Source: a virus. Taken from it: a stretch of DNA of 64,000 bases. Every line of letters begins with the position of its first letter. Within the stretch, counting starts at the first letter, position 1. Below, piece by piece: positions 10,274 through 20,945 of this stretch. Location: IMG/VR virus record IMGVR_UViG_3300044846_000719, positions 1-64,000 of that record; one strand, given 5' to 3'. Under the pieces are notes generated by a model. The model was given only the letters and a program-made list of their open reading frames with translations. It made no database searches and was not told where the DNA came from. The position numbers and the translations under genes were made by a program.

Positions 10274-10781
10274 TGTAAAAACAACGGGTATTAATCCGTA
10301 TGCTGAAGCAAGAGAGTTAAAGTTCAAAGGCCTAGTTAATGATAAATATGAATTATCTGATACAGCTAATGAAATTCTAGAGGAGATAGAAGAATTCTTT
10401 TCTATACAGAAAGAAAAAGTATTAATTACAGTAGCCGGCAATGATTTTAAAGAGAATATTGTAAAGTATTTAGAATTATTCCCAAAACGTAAATTACCTA
10501 GTGGGAAACTTGCTAGGTCAGACAAGAAAAACATAGAAAGTAATTTTAAATGGTTCTTTAAGACCTTTGAATACACTTGGGAAACTGTTCTTACAGCTAC
10601 TGCACACTATGTGGATGAGTATGAAAAGAAAAATTATCTCTACATGCAAACATCACAGTACTTTATTAGCAAAACACAACCGGATAAATCCAAAATGTCT
10701 GAGTTAGCTAATTATTGTTCTATGATTATTGAAGGTACAGATATGAATGATGATAACCATTTTAAAGAAAGAGTAGTATGA
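10194..10781 (+). CDS. Putative replication initiator / helicase loader
   Basis: Coupled directly upstream of DnaB; HTH-like N-terminus; call is mostly positional. Confidence 0.45.
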   Translation: MEEIFNILLKRGMTPNQHYMLHCLKHSVKTTGINPYAEARELKFKGLVNDKYELSDTANEILEEIEEFFSIQKEKVLITVAGNDFKENIVKYLELFPKRKLPSGKLARSDKKNIESNFKWFFKTFEYTWETVLTATAHYVDEYEKKNYLYMQTSQYFISKTQPDKSKMSELANYCSMIIEGTDMNDDNHFKERVV

Positions 10782-11740
10782 CAAAAGAGTTATGGATTCC
10801 TAGAAAAGAAGGCTTTAAGAAAGCTTTAGAGTACATGCAGGGTAGATCTGATGGGATTATTAAATCCATACAGACACCGTGGGCTAAATTTAATGACGCT
10901 ACTACTAACGGTATAGAGTGGAACACATTAAATGTGATTGGTGGAAGACCTGGTGCTGGTAAAACTTTAATTAAAGATCAGATTATCAGGGAAGCCTTTG
11001 CTCTTAACCCGGATACTCAGTTTAGAGTGTTAGAGTTTAGTTTTGAGATGATCATGCAAACCTCTTGTTTAAGAGATTTCAGTGCAAGCTTAGGTAAGAG
11101 TTATAAGTATCTATGTAGTGCTGAAGGTAACAAGTTAACAAGGGAAGAGATTGTACAGTGTTATGACCTGGCCAAAACTAAAGTTAATTACCCAATAGAT
11201 ACAGTAGAGCAGCCCTGTACTGTAAATGAAATGCGGGATATTATTGATAAGTATATCAATGAGTATCAGACAAAAACAATTATTACATTGGACCACAGTA
11301 TTCTATTAAAGAAAGCACCTTATCACAGAGACAAGTATGAAATGCTCTATGAGTTTGGTGAGATGCTTACTGAGATAAAAAGGATTTACCCAATTACTAT
11401 GATTGTACTAAGTCAGTTAAATAGAAGTGTAGAGTCTCCTGAGAGGAATGAAGATGGTAAGTATGGTAATTACATACTTGACTCTGATATCTTTGGTGGT
11501 GATGCATTGCTACAACATGCTGATTTAGTAGTAGGATTAAACAGACCCGCAAAGCAGAAGATTAAATTTTATGGACCTGATAGATATATCATTGAAGATG
11601 ATAAGACTCTAGTTATGCATTTTCTTAAAGCAAGAAATGGTGATAACCGGATGTCTTTCTTTAAGGCCCAGTTTGAAAAAATGAGTGTGATAGAAATGGA
11701 AACACCCGCAACACAAGAAAGAAGAATAAAAACAACATGA
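10778..11740 (+). CDS. dnaB: Replicative DnaB-like helicase
   Basis: GGRPGAGKT, FSFEM, LDH, LSQLNR, ADLV and KARNG motifs. Confidence 0.92.
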   Translation: MTKELWIPRKEGFKKALEYMQGRSDGIIKSIQTPWAKFNDATTNGIEWNTLNVIGGRPGAGKTLIKDQIIREAFALNPDTQFRVLEFSFEMIMQTSCLRDFSASLGKSYKYLCSAEGNKLTREEIVQCYDLAKTKVNYPIDTVEQPCTVNEMRDIIDKYINEYQTKTIITLDHSILLKKAPYHRDKYEMLYEFGEMLTEIKRIYPITMIVLSQLNRSVESPERNEDGKYGNYILDSDIFGGDALLQHADLVVGLNRPAKQKIKFYGPDRYIIEDDKTLVMHFLKARNGDNRMSFFKAQFEKMSVIEMETPATQERRIKTT

Positions 11741-12285
11741 TAAGCACTAAATCAACACAAAAACTTACATCAGAGGAAAGAAAGAAAAGGATCCAAGACT
11801 TGTATGAATTCCAAATGGAAAAATTCATGCAGGAAGGTGTATCTGAACCTTTATTTATTCCTAAAATGGCCTATAAACCGGCTACAAAAGATGAGAAACA
11901 CATTACATTCTTTGCATCTGAGTTAGAGAGAGCAGAGTATTATGATGTCCCTAAAAATGTATACACTGAATTTATCAGTAGTGAGTACATTCCTGAAGAT
12001 GCTAAACGCACATTATACAAATGGATATTTAATCCACACTGGAGAACAGAGTATGATGTAATTGAGGCCACAGAAAGTATTCAAGAGAGATACATGATTC
12101 CTGTATCAGAACTTAGAATTGTGCAACAGGCTGCTACAGTAAAAGAAATTAAATTGCCAAGTCTAGACTTAGGTCCTACAGATGAGCCCTTTAATATGCT
12201 TACAATTAGGGATCTTGCTGCTATTATGCTTAAGAAACCTGTTAGTAACAAGCAATGGTTAAATGAAATTATAAAACTAAAATAA
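11737..12285 (+). CDS. Hypothetical protein in the replication operon
   Basis: ATGA-coupled ORF; no motif recognised. Confidence 0.7.
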   Translation: MISTKSTQKLTSEERKKRIQDLYEFQMEKFMQEGVSEPLFIPKMAYKPATKDEKHITFFASELERAEYYDVPKNVYTEFISSEYIPEDAKRTLYKWIFNPHWRTEYDVIEATESIQERYMIPVSELRIVQQAATVKEIKLPSLDLGPTDEPFNMLTIRDLAAIMLKKPVSNKQWLNEIIKLK

Positions 12286-12292
12286 AAATAAC

Positions 12293-12982
12293 GTGGCACA
12301 AAGCATCTTAGTAATCGCAGAAAGCGGTGCAGGTAAAAGCACAAGTATTGCAAACCTGGACCCAGCAGAAACATTTATTGTAAATGTAGCAAACAAACCC
12401 CTTCCCTTTAAAGGATGGAAGAACAAGTACAAAATTTGGAGTAGAGAAGATCAGTCTGGTAACATGTACACTAGAGCCGGTGCTAAAGAAATTGAGGCCT
12501 GTCTTAAGTATGTAAGTGAGAAAAGACCTGAGATTAAGAATATCATCATTGATGATTTTCAGTACATGTCAGCATTTGAGTATTTTGATAGAGCAGAAGA
12601 AAAGGGTTTTGAGAAATTCACTAGTATTGCTAAGAGCATTGCAACTATTGCAAAGCTTCCAACTACACTACGTGAAGACTTATATGTATTCTTTTTAACA
12701 CATGCAGAAGAGTCTCAAGACTTAGAAGGCAGAAGAAAGTTTAAGGCCAAGACAATTGGTAAATTGGTAGATAACAGTTTAACTTTGGAGGGATTATACT
12801 CTATAGTTTTATTTGGTAAAGTAAAGAAAGACAAAGACAAAGACGGTGCTATGAAGTATGTATTTGAAACACAGAATAACGGTGAAAATACATGTAAGTC
12901 ACCAGCCGGTATGTTTGAGTCCTTTGAGATTCCTAATGATTTAGAATTTGTAAAACAAGCAATAATTAACTACGAAAATTAA
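12293..12982 (+). CDS. AAA_24 / Sak4-like P-loop ATPase (ssDNA annealing)
   Basis: ESGAGKS Walker A, IIIDD Walker B, CKSP near C-terminus; followed by an SSB-like gene. Confidence 0.8.
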   Translation: MAQSILVIAESGAGKSTSIANLDPAETFIVNVANKPLPFKGWKNKYKIWSREDQSGNMYTRAGAKEIEACLKYVSEKRPEIKNIIIDDFQYMSAFEYFDRAEEKGFEKFTSIAKSIATIAKLPTTLREDLYVFFLTHAEESQDLEGRRKFKAKTIGKLVDNSLTLEGLYSIVLFGKVKKDKDKDGAMKYVFETQNNGENTCKSPAGMFESFEIPNDLEFVKQAIINYEN

Positions 12983-12987
12983 TAACC

Positions 12988-13668
12988 ATGATTAGCACAA
13001 AAGACGTGCAAGCTACGAGTAGCTCGCCAAAGAAAACCCTGAGCCCCGGTGAACACACCGTGAAGATTAACTCTATTTCATTAGAGAGTGTAAGTTACAA
13101 AGCAGGTGCTTATCACCTGATTTTGAATGTAGAAGGACCTGATATGGGTGCTTCATTTGAAGGATTCTTAGTAGACAAAGACAAGCCAAGTGGTGCCCGT
13201 TACAAAGGTCAGATTGGTAAAGTTAAGTTTGGCTTTTATCCTTTCTCTGATGGTGAAACAAAAACAGGTATCAAGATTAGCCGTGACTTGAGTATTTTAC
13301 GTGCAATACAGCAGTTATGTATTGCTGGAAGTAAACTTGAGTGGTTTGAAGAAGCAGATGGTAAGTTTGCAACAATTGAGGATTTTGTTAAAGCAGCTAA
13401 CGTTGTTATTGCAGATGACTCATTGTTTAACATGTGTATCAATGGTAAAGAGTATGAAAAGAATGGTTACATCAACTATGATTTGTTCTTGCCAAAGTCT
13501 AGCAAAGAGGCGTATGCATTGGAATCAGCTACTGCAACTTCAAGCAGATTAATCTCTTACAACCCTGAGTTACATATCAAGAAAGTTAAGGTGGAAAATG
13601 TAGAATCATTTGGTGATTCTAATCCATTCAAGACTGAAACTGATACATCTACAGGATTTGAGTTTTAA
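12988..13668 (+). CDS. Single-stranded DNA-binding protein (putative)
   Basis: LSPGEHTVKI start, beta-rich, acidic tail ending in F; adjacent to Sak4-like gene. Confidence 0.6.
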   Translation: MISTKDVQATSSSPKKTLSPGEHTVKINSISLESVSYKAGAYHLILNVEGPDMGASFEGFLVDKDKPSGARYKGQIGKVKFGFYPFSDGETKTGIKISRDLSILRAIQQLCIAGSKLEWFEEADGKFATIEDFVKAANVVIADDSLFNMCINGKEYEKNGYINYDLFLPKSSKEAYALESATATSSRLISYNPELHIKKVKVENVESFGDSNPFKTETDTSTGFEF

Positions 13669-13688
13669 GTTTTAAAGTTTATTATACT

Positions 13689-13717
13689 AAAGGGGGATTA
13701 TATGGTCCCCCTTTTTT
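13689..13717 (+). terminator. Intrinsic terminator
   Basis: AAAGGGGGA...TCCCCCTTTTTT. Confidence 0.8.
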
Positions 13718-13729
13718 ATTATTGCAGTT

Positions 13730-14719
13730 ATGATTAGTACAAAGATTCTAATTCCGGATATAAAGTCAGTACCTGTAACATGGGTATTTGAGCATTATTG
13801 TAGATTAGATCAGAAGTTAACTGGTCAAGATATTAAAATAAAGTCCGTGTTTAATCCTAGTGAAAGAACTCCTAGTATGTGTATCTACTTTAAACAAGAG
13901 AAGAATAGATATCAGTACAAAGATTTCTCAACAGATAATGGCGGTGATTGTATTGACTTAGTACAAAAGATGCTTGGTATAGATACCCGGTTAAATACTA
14001 TGCACAAACTTGTAAGAGATTACAATGAGTTTGTATTGCATAATAACGGGGGATATGATCTACAGGTGTTTAAACAGTACAATAAATACAAAATTGATAG
14101 ATATGAGGTTAGGCAATGGAATACACTAGATAAAAGCTATTGGGGTAAATATGGTATAGGTTCTAGAATGCTAGAGCACTATAATATAAAACCTCTAAGT
14201 AGTTACACTATGTTTAAAGAAGAGGATGGTATATATAAAGTCTTAAATATTGAGGGCTCTAATATATATGGTTACTTCAAGAAAGATGGTACACTAGTTA
14301 AAATCTATCAGCCTAAAGTTCAGAAAAAGAAATTCTTAAAAGTAAAAGATTACATACAGGGTAGTGAGCAACTATCCGGCAATAACTCATTAGTGATTGT
14401 ATCCTCCCTTAAAGATGGTATGTGTTTAAAGAAGATGTACCCAAATATAGATTTTCTGGCACCAGATTCTGAGAATACAATGATTAAGAAAGAATATCTA
14501 GATAGTATTAGTGGTAACTATAAAAACTGCTTTATACTATTTGATAATGATGATGCCGGTAATAGAGCTGCAGTAAAATATTGTAGTCAATTTAATTATT
14601 TAAAATCTTTATATTTGCCTTTCTCTAAAGACATCTCTGATTCTGTAAAGGATCATGGGTATCAAAAGATAAAAGAATATTTAGATAATAATTATGACAA
14701 CATTTATTATTTCTGGTAA
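13730..14719 (+). CDS. DnaG-like primase (TOPRIM)
   Basis: ERTPSM...YKDFS degenerate Zn-finger region, SLKDG, FDNDDAG and KDISD motifs. Confidence 0.85.
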   Translation: MISTKILIPDIKSVPVTWVFEHYCRLDQKLTGQDIKIKSVFNPSERTPSMCIYFKQEKNRYQYKDFSTDNGGDCIDLVQKMLGIDTRLNTMHKLVRDYNEFVLHNNGGYDLQVFKQYNKYKIDRYEVRQWNTLDKSYWGKYGIGSRMLEHYNIKPLSSYTMFKEEDGIYKVLNIEGSNIYGYFKKDGTLVKIYQPKVQKKKFLKVKDYIQGSEQLSGNNSLVIVSSLKDGMCLKKMYPNIDFLAPDSENTMIKKEYLDSISGNYKNCFILFDNDDAGNRAAVKYCSQFNYLKSLYLPFSKDISDSVKDHGYQKIKEYLDNNYDNIYYFW

Positions 14720-15071
14720 CACACCTTCTAGTAAGAATGGCCGAGTATGGACAGGAAAATACAGTATTGCAAGTGCCGCTACAAGAAAGTGGAAACTTGC
14801 TACTGATGAAGAGTGGAAAGCACAAGCCAAACAGTTTAGAAAAGAATCCAAAGATCTTGGTAAACCATTGTATATAGAGCTTAAGTTCTATAGAAAGAGC
14901 AAACATAAGTTTGACTTGATTAATATAGCACAGGCTGTACAAGATGCAATGGTACATCATGGTTGGATAGATGATGATAATGCTGATGAACTAGTACCGG
15001 TGTTTGGTACCTATGTGTATGATAATAAAAATCCAAGAGTTGAAATTAAAATCCTAAAGAAATGGAAGTAA
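14694..15071 (+). CDS. RusA-like Holliday junction resolvase
   Basis: PSSKN...FDLIN...VQDAM...IDDDN...NPRVEI. Confidence 0.8.
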   Translation: MTTFIISGNTPSSKNGRVWTGKYSIASAATRKWKLATDEEWKAQAKQFRKESKDLGKPLYIELKFYRKSKHKFDLINIAQAVQDAMVHHGWIDDDNADELVPVFGTYVYDNKNPRVEIKILKKWK

Positions 15072-15546
15072 AAAAGAAAGTTAAGGTTATGTATGCCTTT
15101 AGTCAAGCAGCTGCTATTTATGTAGATATCAATGGTTGGGAAGCCTTAATCAAAGATAAACATGAGTCTTTACAAGAAGGTTATGATTATGGTGTTAAAG
15201 AGTTTGATACCAAGAGAGAAGCAGAGGCTTACGTAAGTGGTGTAAACGATGCTAACGGTTGGACTGACCCAATTGCAAATGTTGTGTGAAAGAATCAGAT
15301 TTAAAAGAGATTAGAAAGGCTTATATATTAGCCAAAGCACTTAATGTGCAGTATCAGTTTATTAGAGAACTTGTAAATCCAGAACTTAAAAAATCTGTAA
15401 ACGAGGCAAGAGCTAAGAACTCCCATTTTGTAAAGATTGTAAATGAGTACTTTTCTAAAAGAAGAGTAACAGGATCATTTGTAGATGATGAGGAAGAATT
15501 AGCATTTCAGTTTTTAGAGGAACTGGATAAGATTACAAAACTTTAA
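15062..15546 (+). CDS. Two small hypothetical proteins (15062..15289 and 15286..15546)
   Basis: Coupled ORFs; no motifs. Confidence 0.6.
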
Positions 15547-15557
15547 AACCAAAAACT

Positions 15558-16697
15558 ATGAGAAAAGATGAAGAACTGGCATTAGCCGGGAAAGAACTTA
15601 TGCTTGAACAACCCTTCTATGGCTTGTTCTTGATAGGTCTTAACAAAGAATGGAATAATGCTATTCCAACTGCAGGTGTAAGTAAACACAATATCAATTA
15701 TAAGCTTGTGATTAACTCAGAGTTCTGGGATAATCTACCACATGACCACAAGAAAGGTTTGTTGTGGCATGAGCTTTTACATATCGTATTTGATCACCTG
15801 AATTTAAGAGATGAGTTTGCTGACAAGAAGTTATTTAATATAGCTGCTGACTGTGAACTTAACCAATACATTACTGAAAGCTATCTTCCAAATGGTGCTA
15901 TCTTACCAAAGTCATTCCCTAATCTAAATCTAGATTATAGAGCCGGTACTAACTATTATTATAATATGCTGATGGATAATCAAGATGATCCTGATGTACA
16001 AAATATGATGGGTGAGGCTGGTGATATGCATGGTACATGGGAAGAGTTTGATAACTTAAGTGAATCTGAAAAGAAACTACTTAAGGCTCAAGCTGAGTAT
16101 CAACTTAAAGATGCTGCAGAAGAATGTCTTAAATCACGGGGTACTTTACCTGGTGAAATTTCACAGATTTATCAGCGCATCACTGAGGTTACTCCTAGTA
16201 AGTTTAACTGGCGGGCCTATCTTAGGAGATTTGCCGGTAACTCTTATATTGTTGAAACTAGATTATCTAGAAAGAAGATTAACAAAAGATATCCGGATGC
16301 TCCCGGAATGAAATTTAAACCCAAGAAACATATCTTGGTTGCAATAGATACTTCTGGTAGTGTAAGTAATGATGAGCTCGTAGAGTTCTTTAATGAAATC
16401 AGACACATACACAAAACCGGAACAGAGATTACAGTATTACAGTGTGATACACAGATTAACAGTATTGAAAAGTATAACCCTAAAAAGGATGTAAAAGTCC
16501 AAGGTAGAGGTGGTACAGAATTTAATCCTGTATTAGAATATTATAATAAAAACACCAAAAAGTTTACATGTTTGGTTTATTTAACAGATGGTGAATGTTT
16601 TACTGACATTACACCAAGAGGTAAAATGCTTTGGGTTATTTCTTCAAAAGCCCGCATTAATGAGCAACTACCCGGTCCACAAATCCAATTAAACTAA
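15558..16697 (+). CDS. Metallopeptidase-like plus VWA domain protein (DUF2201 type)
   Basis: HELLH, NIAADCELN, MIDAS DTSGS, GRGGT and TDG motifs. Confidence 0.9.
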   Translation: MRKDEELALAGKELMLEQPFYGLFLIGLNKEWNNAIPTAGVSKHNINYKLVINSEFWDNLPHDHKKGLLWHELLHIVFDHLNLRDEFADKKLFNIAADCELNQYITESYLPNGAILPKSFPNLNLDYRAGTNYYYNMLMDNQDDPDVQNMMGEAGDMHGTWEEFDNLSESEKKLLKAQAEYQLKDAAEECLKSRGTLPGEISQIYQRITEVTPSKFNWRAYLRRFAGNSYIVETRLSRKKINKRYPDAPGMKFKPKKHILVAIDTSGSVSNDELVEFFNEIRHIHKTGTEITVLQCDTQINSIEKYNPKKDVKVQGRGGTEFNPVLEYYNKNTKKFTCLVYLTDGECFTDITPRGKMLWVISSKARINEQLPGPQIQLN

Positions 16698-16717
16698 TTT
16701 AAAAACCCTAAAAAACT

Positions 16718-17899
16718 ATGGCACAAGTAAAATTAAACAGCTGCGAATTAAAAGATTTCATTAAGCACGTAATCAACAACAACAGATTCATTCAAGCACA
16801 AGGTAAAGTACCAACTGCTTTGAATGTAGTAGGTAATGCAGGTCTTGGTAAGACTACTGTAGTCTCTAATCTTGCAAAAGAAGAGGGAATGCAGTTTGTT
16901 AAGATCAACTTAGCAATGATAGAAGAGTTATCAGATCTAATTGGTTTTCCTGTTAAAGAATTCCAGATTGGTAAAGATACTCCTGATGGTCTTAAGACTA
17001 AATGGGTAACTGAGATGGAAGCTGAGTTGGCAGTTAAGGCCGGCTTTAAATTGACCGGTGCAAGACGTACTGCATATTGCGCACCTGAGTGGATTTCTGG
17101 TAAAGGTGAGTCTGGTATCTTATTGTTAGATGACTATACTCGTGCGGATCCAAGAATGATTCAGGCATGTATGGATTTGATTAACACTCAGGAATATATC
17201 TCTTGGAAGTTACCTAAAGACTGGACTATTATCTTAACTACTAATCCAGACGGTGGTGACTATCATGTAAACAGCATGGATATAGCACAAACAACTCGCT
17301 TTATTTCCTGTGAGTTGAAGTTTGATGTAGATTGTTGGGCACAGTGGGCAGAAGAAACACACATGGATGGCAGATGTATTAACTTCATCTTAAAGCATCC
17401 AGAAATTGTAACTGAAGCTACTAACCCACGTGCAATCACTACATTCTTTAATGCTATCTCTAGCTTTGAGAAGTTTGAAGAGCAATTACCTATGATCCAA
17501 ATGATTGGTGAAGGTTCTGTTGGTCCTGATATGACTAGTCTATTTACTTTGTTTATTAATAACAAGTTAGATCAGTTGATGTCTCCAAAAGATATTATTC
17601 TTCATGACAATGAGGATTATATTGTGGGTGCACTTAAGACTACAGTGGGCAGAGGTGATGATTACCGGGCAGATATTGCTAGTATTATGAGTACTAGAAT
17701 TATAAACTTTGCCTTGGCGCACTTTAAATCTAATCCTATGAAAGCTGAAGTAATCAAGCGTCTTGAGAAATTAGTGGTGGATGAAATATTTGCTATTGAC
17801 CTGAAGTATATGATTGTAAGAAATCTTATTAATGGTAACAAGCAAAAGTTTCAGAAACTTATGTTAAACGATAAAGTTATGGAGTACACAATCCGATGA
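16718..17899 (+). CDS. MoxR-like AAA+ ATPase
   Basis: GNAGLGKT, LLLDDYTRA and TTNP motifs; adjacent to the VWA gene. Confidence 0.88.
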   Translation: MAQVKLNSCELKDFIKHVINNNRFIQAQGKVPTALNVVGNAGLGKTTVVSNLAKEEGMQFVKINLAMIEELSDLIGFPVKEFQIGKDTPDGLKTKWVTEMEAELAVKAGFKLTGARRTAYCAPEWISGKGESGILLLDDYTRADPRMIQACMDLINTQEYISWKLPKDWTIILTTNPDGGDYHVNSMDIAQTTRFISCELKFDVDCWAQWAEETHMDGRCINFILKHPEIVTEATNPRAITTFFNAISSFEKFEEQLPMIQMIGEGSVGPDMTSLFTLFINNKLDQLMSPKDIILHDNEDYIVGALKTTVGRGDDYRADIASIMSTRIINFALAHFKSNPMKAEVIKRLEKLVVDEIFAIDLKYMIVRNLINGNKQKFQKLMLNDKVMEYTIR

Positions 17900-18948
17900 A
17901 ATATTTAGAATTATTTTTTGACAGAGGCAATTATGCCAAAATTACTGGTGAGGATTATAGAAGTTATCATAGACATGCCACTGATAATAAAGCTGTACTT
18001 GATTCATTAACTGTTATTGAAAGAGATGTAGTAGATCCAACTATTTTTAATACTATATCTACTACAACATCTAGTTTAGTTACAAAAGACAAAGTATTTA
18101 TAATGCCGGGGGTAACCATCCCTCGGTATAAAATACGGGAGACAGGTAAAGAGATTGGTTTTGATATAGTAAGAAGTTTATCTAAAGCAACAAAAGTTAT
18201 TTACTGTCATAAACAAGTAACAGATGAGATGATTAAAAAGCAAAGTTGTATAGGTATAGAAATTAAACATGTAAAACTATTGTTTGATCAATATAATATG
18301 GATACAACTGAATTAGAGAATAGTACTAATGAAAATATTATCGTTGATTATGAAATATATTATGCTCTTAAAAAATTATATACTAATATATTTGCTTCAG
18401 ATGATATAGATTCAAGTCATTTTTATACATATCTATATACTGATAGTGTCTATGAAACATTGATTAATGAGCTACTAAGTGGTACTAAAGTAATTATCTC
18501 TGATAAAGATGTGATGAAGCAATGTAATGGCTCTAAGCCCTTAGATGCTGAATCATATAAAAGATTGGTATCCATGTTTAAAACTAATCAGAATCAAGAG
18601 ATTGCTATGGAGTTACTCTGTAATTGTGATTATGACCAGTCAATGGTTTACATCTTAAAATTATTATCTCAGTTTAACTTTCGTGCTATGCCCGGTACAA
18701 ATCATATAAATTACAAGTCCTTTAGACAGTATATGACTACGCACTGGGGTATTGATCCTAGTTACTATAGTGGTAATATTATAGATATTATTGGTAAATT
18801 AGCCGATAATGGTAAACTTAAAAGAGAGTATCTAACAGAATTTAAAGATGAGATTTTAGATCATGTACAACGTTATGGTAACAATCATATCTTTACAGTT
18901 GGTTCTATTCAGATGAATGAGACTTATAAAACAAAAATAGTAGAATGA
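17896..18948 (+). CDS. Hypothetical protein (350 aa) coupled to MoxR
   Basis: ATGA overlaps on both sides; no confident motif. Confidence 0.7.
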   Translation: MKYLELFFDRGNYAKITGEDYRSYHRHATDNKAVLDSLTVIERDVVDPTIFNTISTTTSSLVTKDKVFIMPGVTIPRYKIRETGKEIGFDIVRSLSKATKVIYCHKQVTDEMIKKQSCIGIEIKHVKLLFDQYNMDTTELENSTNENIIVDYEIYYALKKLYTNIFASDDIDSSHFYTYLYTDSVYETLINELLSGTKVIISDKDVMKQCNGSKPLDAESYKRLVSMFKTNQNQEIAMELLCNCDYDQSMVYILKLLSQFNFRAMPGTNHINYKSFRQYMTTHWGIDPSYYSGNIIDIIGKLADNGKLKREYLTEFKDEILDHVQRYGNNHIFTVGSIQMNETYKTKIVE

Positions 18949-19916
18949 TAGAACAAGAGTTAATAGAACAGTTTTATAAAACTAAGTATTACATTAGTTA
19001 CTCAGCACTAAGCAAATTAAAGTTTAGTCCAAAGTTGTTCTTCACTCATTATATTCTTCAGCAAAAAGAAGAATCGGTTGGTGCACATTTAGTAGAGGGC
19101 AGATTAATTCACTGCCTTCTACTCCAACCGGAGTTATATGGGGACCAATTTTATGTAGCTAAGAGTAAACTTCCTTCAGATAATCTTAAAGATATAGTAG
19201 ACAAGATATTTAAAGAACATAACTGTGATGATTTGTCTAACTATCAGGATGAAATCTTAAACATTCTAGTAGAAAAGAATCTTTATCAGACTCTAAAAAC
19301 AGATGAACAGAGATTAACTAAAGTAATTACACCAATTACAATAGACTATCTAAGTGATTTAAATAACAGTGTTGGTAAATCTGTAATTGATCAGAGCACA
19401 TTTGACAAGTGTACTAGGATTGTTGCTAAGTTTAAAGCACACCCAGATGTTATACAACACTTAGGTTTAGAACTTACTGAGTTTGATAGCTGTAAAGTAC
19501 ATAGAGAGTTAGAAACATCCTGTGATCTTGCTGATTATAAATTTGGTATCAAGGGTATCTTAGATAGTGTCATTGTAGATGATGCTAATAAAGTAATCCG
19601 GATAGCAGATGTTAAGACTACTAGTAAAACTATACCTGAATTCAAAGAGAGTGTAGAATATTACAATTACTGGATGCAAGCAGCTATGTATGTACTACTA
19701 GCTAAGTGTTACTTTATGAAATTGAATTACACATGTGAGTTCTCATTTGTGGTTGTAGATAAATATGAGCAGATATATTGTTTTCCTGTTTCCCCATTAT
19801 CTTTGGATGATTGGAATAATAGATTCAAGCAAGCATTAACTGAAGCTCATTATCATTATGAAAATCGGGATTATAGTCTCCCTTATGACTTTATAGTAAA
19901 TAAAATTATGTTATGA
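18945..19916 (+). CDS. PD-(D/E)XK exonuclease (RecE/DUF3799-like)
   Basis: SYSAL, GRLIHCLLL, E...KGILD...IADVKT and YWMQAAMY motifs. Confidence 0.88.
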   Translation: MIEQELIEQFYKTKYYISYSALSKLKFSPKLFFTHYILQQKEESVGAHLVEGRLIHCLLLQPELYGDQFYVAKSKLPSDNLKDIVDKIFKEHNCDDLSNYQDEILNILVEKNLYQTLKTDEQRLTKVITPITIDYLSDLNNSVGKSVIDQSTFDKCTRIVAKFKAHPDVIQHLGLELTEFDSCKVHRELETSCDLADYKFGIKGILDSVIVDDANKVIRIADVKTTSKTIPEFKESVEYYNYWMQAAMYVLLAKCYFMKLNYTCEFSFVVVDKYEQIYCFPVSPLSLDDWNNRFKQALTEAHYHYENRDYSLPYDFIVNKIML

Positions 19917-20473
19917 AGAAATTACACGATAAGTACACGCAGAAGTCCAGGATATTTTTATATCCGGCATTGAATATTAGGAGAGGGAGTAAGATAAAAC
20001 CCATACAAACTTATATAGCATGGGAAGAAATTATTACTCCAAATGATAAAAAACTTATCTGTGTATATGACATACTAGATACTGAAGATTTTCAGATATT
20101 TGAGAGAGTTAAATTACTGGGTAATAAACTGTTCTGTGAATTCAGACAGACTAAAAACAATAAGGGTATTTATATTTTTACATTTGATGACCGTGCAAAA
20201 GACTGGGATAAATTTGTTAAAGGTAAATACTCACAACTCTCTGATTTCGCTAAAGGTGAGATAGAAAACTTCTATGGTACAGACTCAAGTACATTTGAAT
20301 ATGTTATGAGTTATTTGCATCCTGAAGACTATTTTGATCTGTATGCAGACTTACTAGGTGTTGACATAAATATATTAAAAGCGGTGGGAGAGTTATGTGC
20401 TCCTTACAGTAAAGAGAAGGAAACTCTTAAAATTCCTGTAGAAGATTTGGAAATGAAAGATTTAATCATTTGA
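19913..20473 (+). CDS. Hypothetical protein
   Basis: Coupled ORF, 186 aa. Confidence 0.7.
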   Translation: MKKLHDKYTQKSRIFLYPALNIRRGSKIKPIQTYIAWEEIITPNDKKLICVYDILDTEDFQIFERVKLLGNKLFCEFRQTKNNKGIYIFTFDDRAKDWDKFVKGKYSQLSDFAKGEIENFYGTDSSTFEYVMSYLHPEDYFDLYADLLGVDINILKAVGELCAPYSKEKETLKIPVEDLEMKDLII

Positions 20474-20476
20474 TTT

Positions 20477-20875
20477 GTGCATATGAAAGATAGTATGATA
20501 TGCATTACGTCTGTTTGGAACGGAAAAGAAAGTTTTAAAGTTATTCCTTTAGTGGAAGAATGCCCTTATGTAGAAATGATATATGATCCTGAAGCAAGTA
20601 TGCTTGTGATTATATCTAAAATTATTAAAGACGCTTACCATATGATTCCTAAAATGGATGATAAAGGTGATGTAGTTCCTGCTAAAAACAGGAAGAGTCC
20701 AGACAAAACATATGCGGAAGAGAGAAGGTTGGTGGAGTCATTTCAAGAATACTACCTTTATAAAAAGGAAGAAATTACAGATATTATTAGCAGATTTGCT
20801 ATTAATAGTGATAATTTTGATTTTAGTATCTTAGACAAAGCATCAACAGTAACAATGGGTCCCGCTCAAGTATAG
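20477..20875 (+). CDS. Hypothetical protein
   Basis: 132-aa ORF followed by a terminator. Confidence 0.7.
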   Translation: MHMKDSMICITSVWNGKESFKVIPLVEECPYVEMIYDPEASMLVIISKIIKDAYHMIPKMDDKGDVVPAKNRKSPDKTYAEERRLVESFQEYYLYKKEEITDIISRFAINSDNFDFSILDKASTVTMGPAQV

Positions 20876-20905
20876 GGTCTTGAGTATTGCCATAAACCAA
20901 CAATC

Positions 20906-20933
20906 AAGGGGGATGTAATAGTCCCCCTTTTTT
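20906..20933 (+). terminator. Intrinsic terminator
   Basis: AAGGGGGA...TCCCCCTTTTTT, same stem as at 13689. Confidence 0.8.
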
Positions 20934-20945
20934 ATCTTAAAAATT

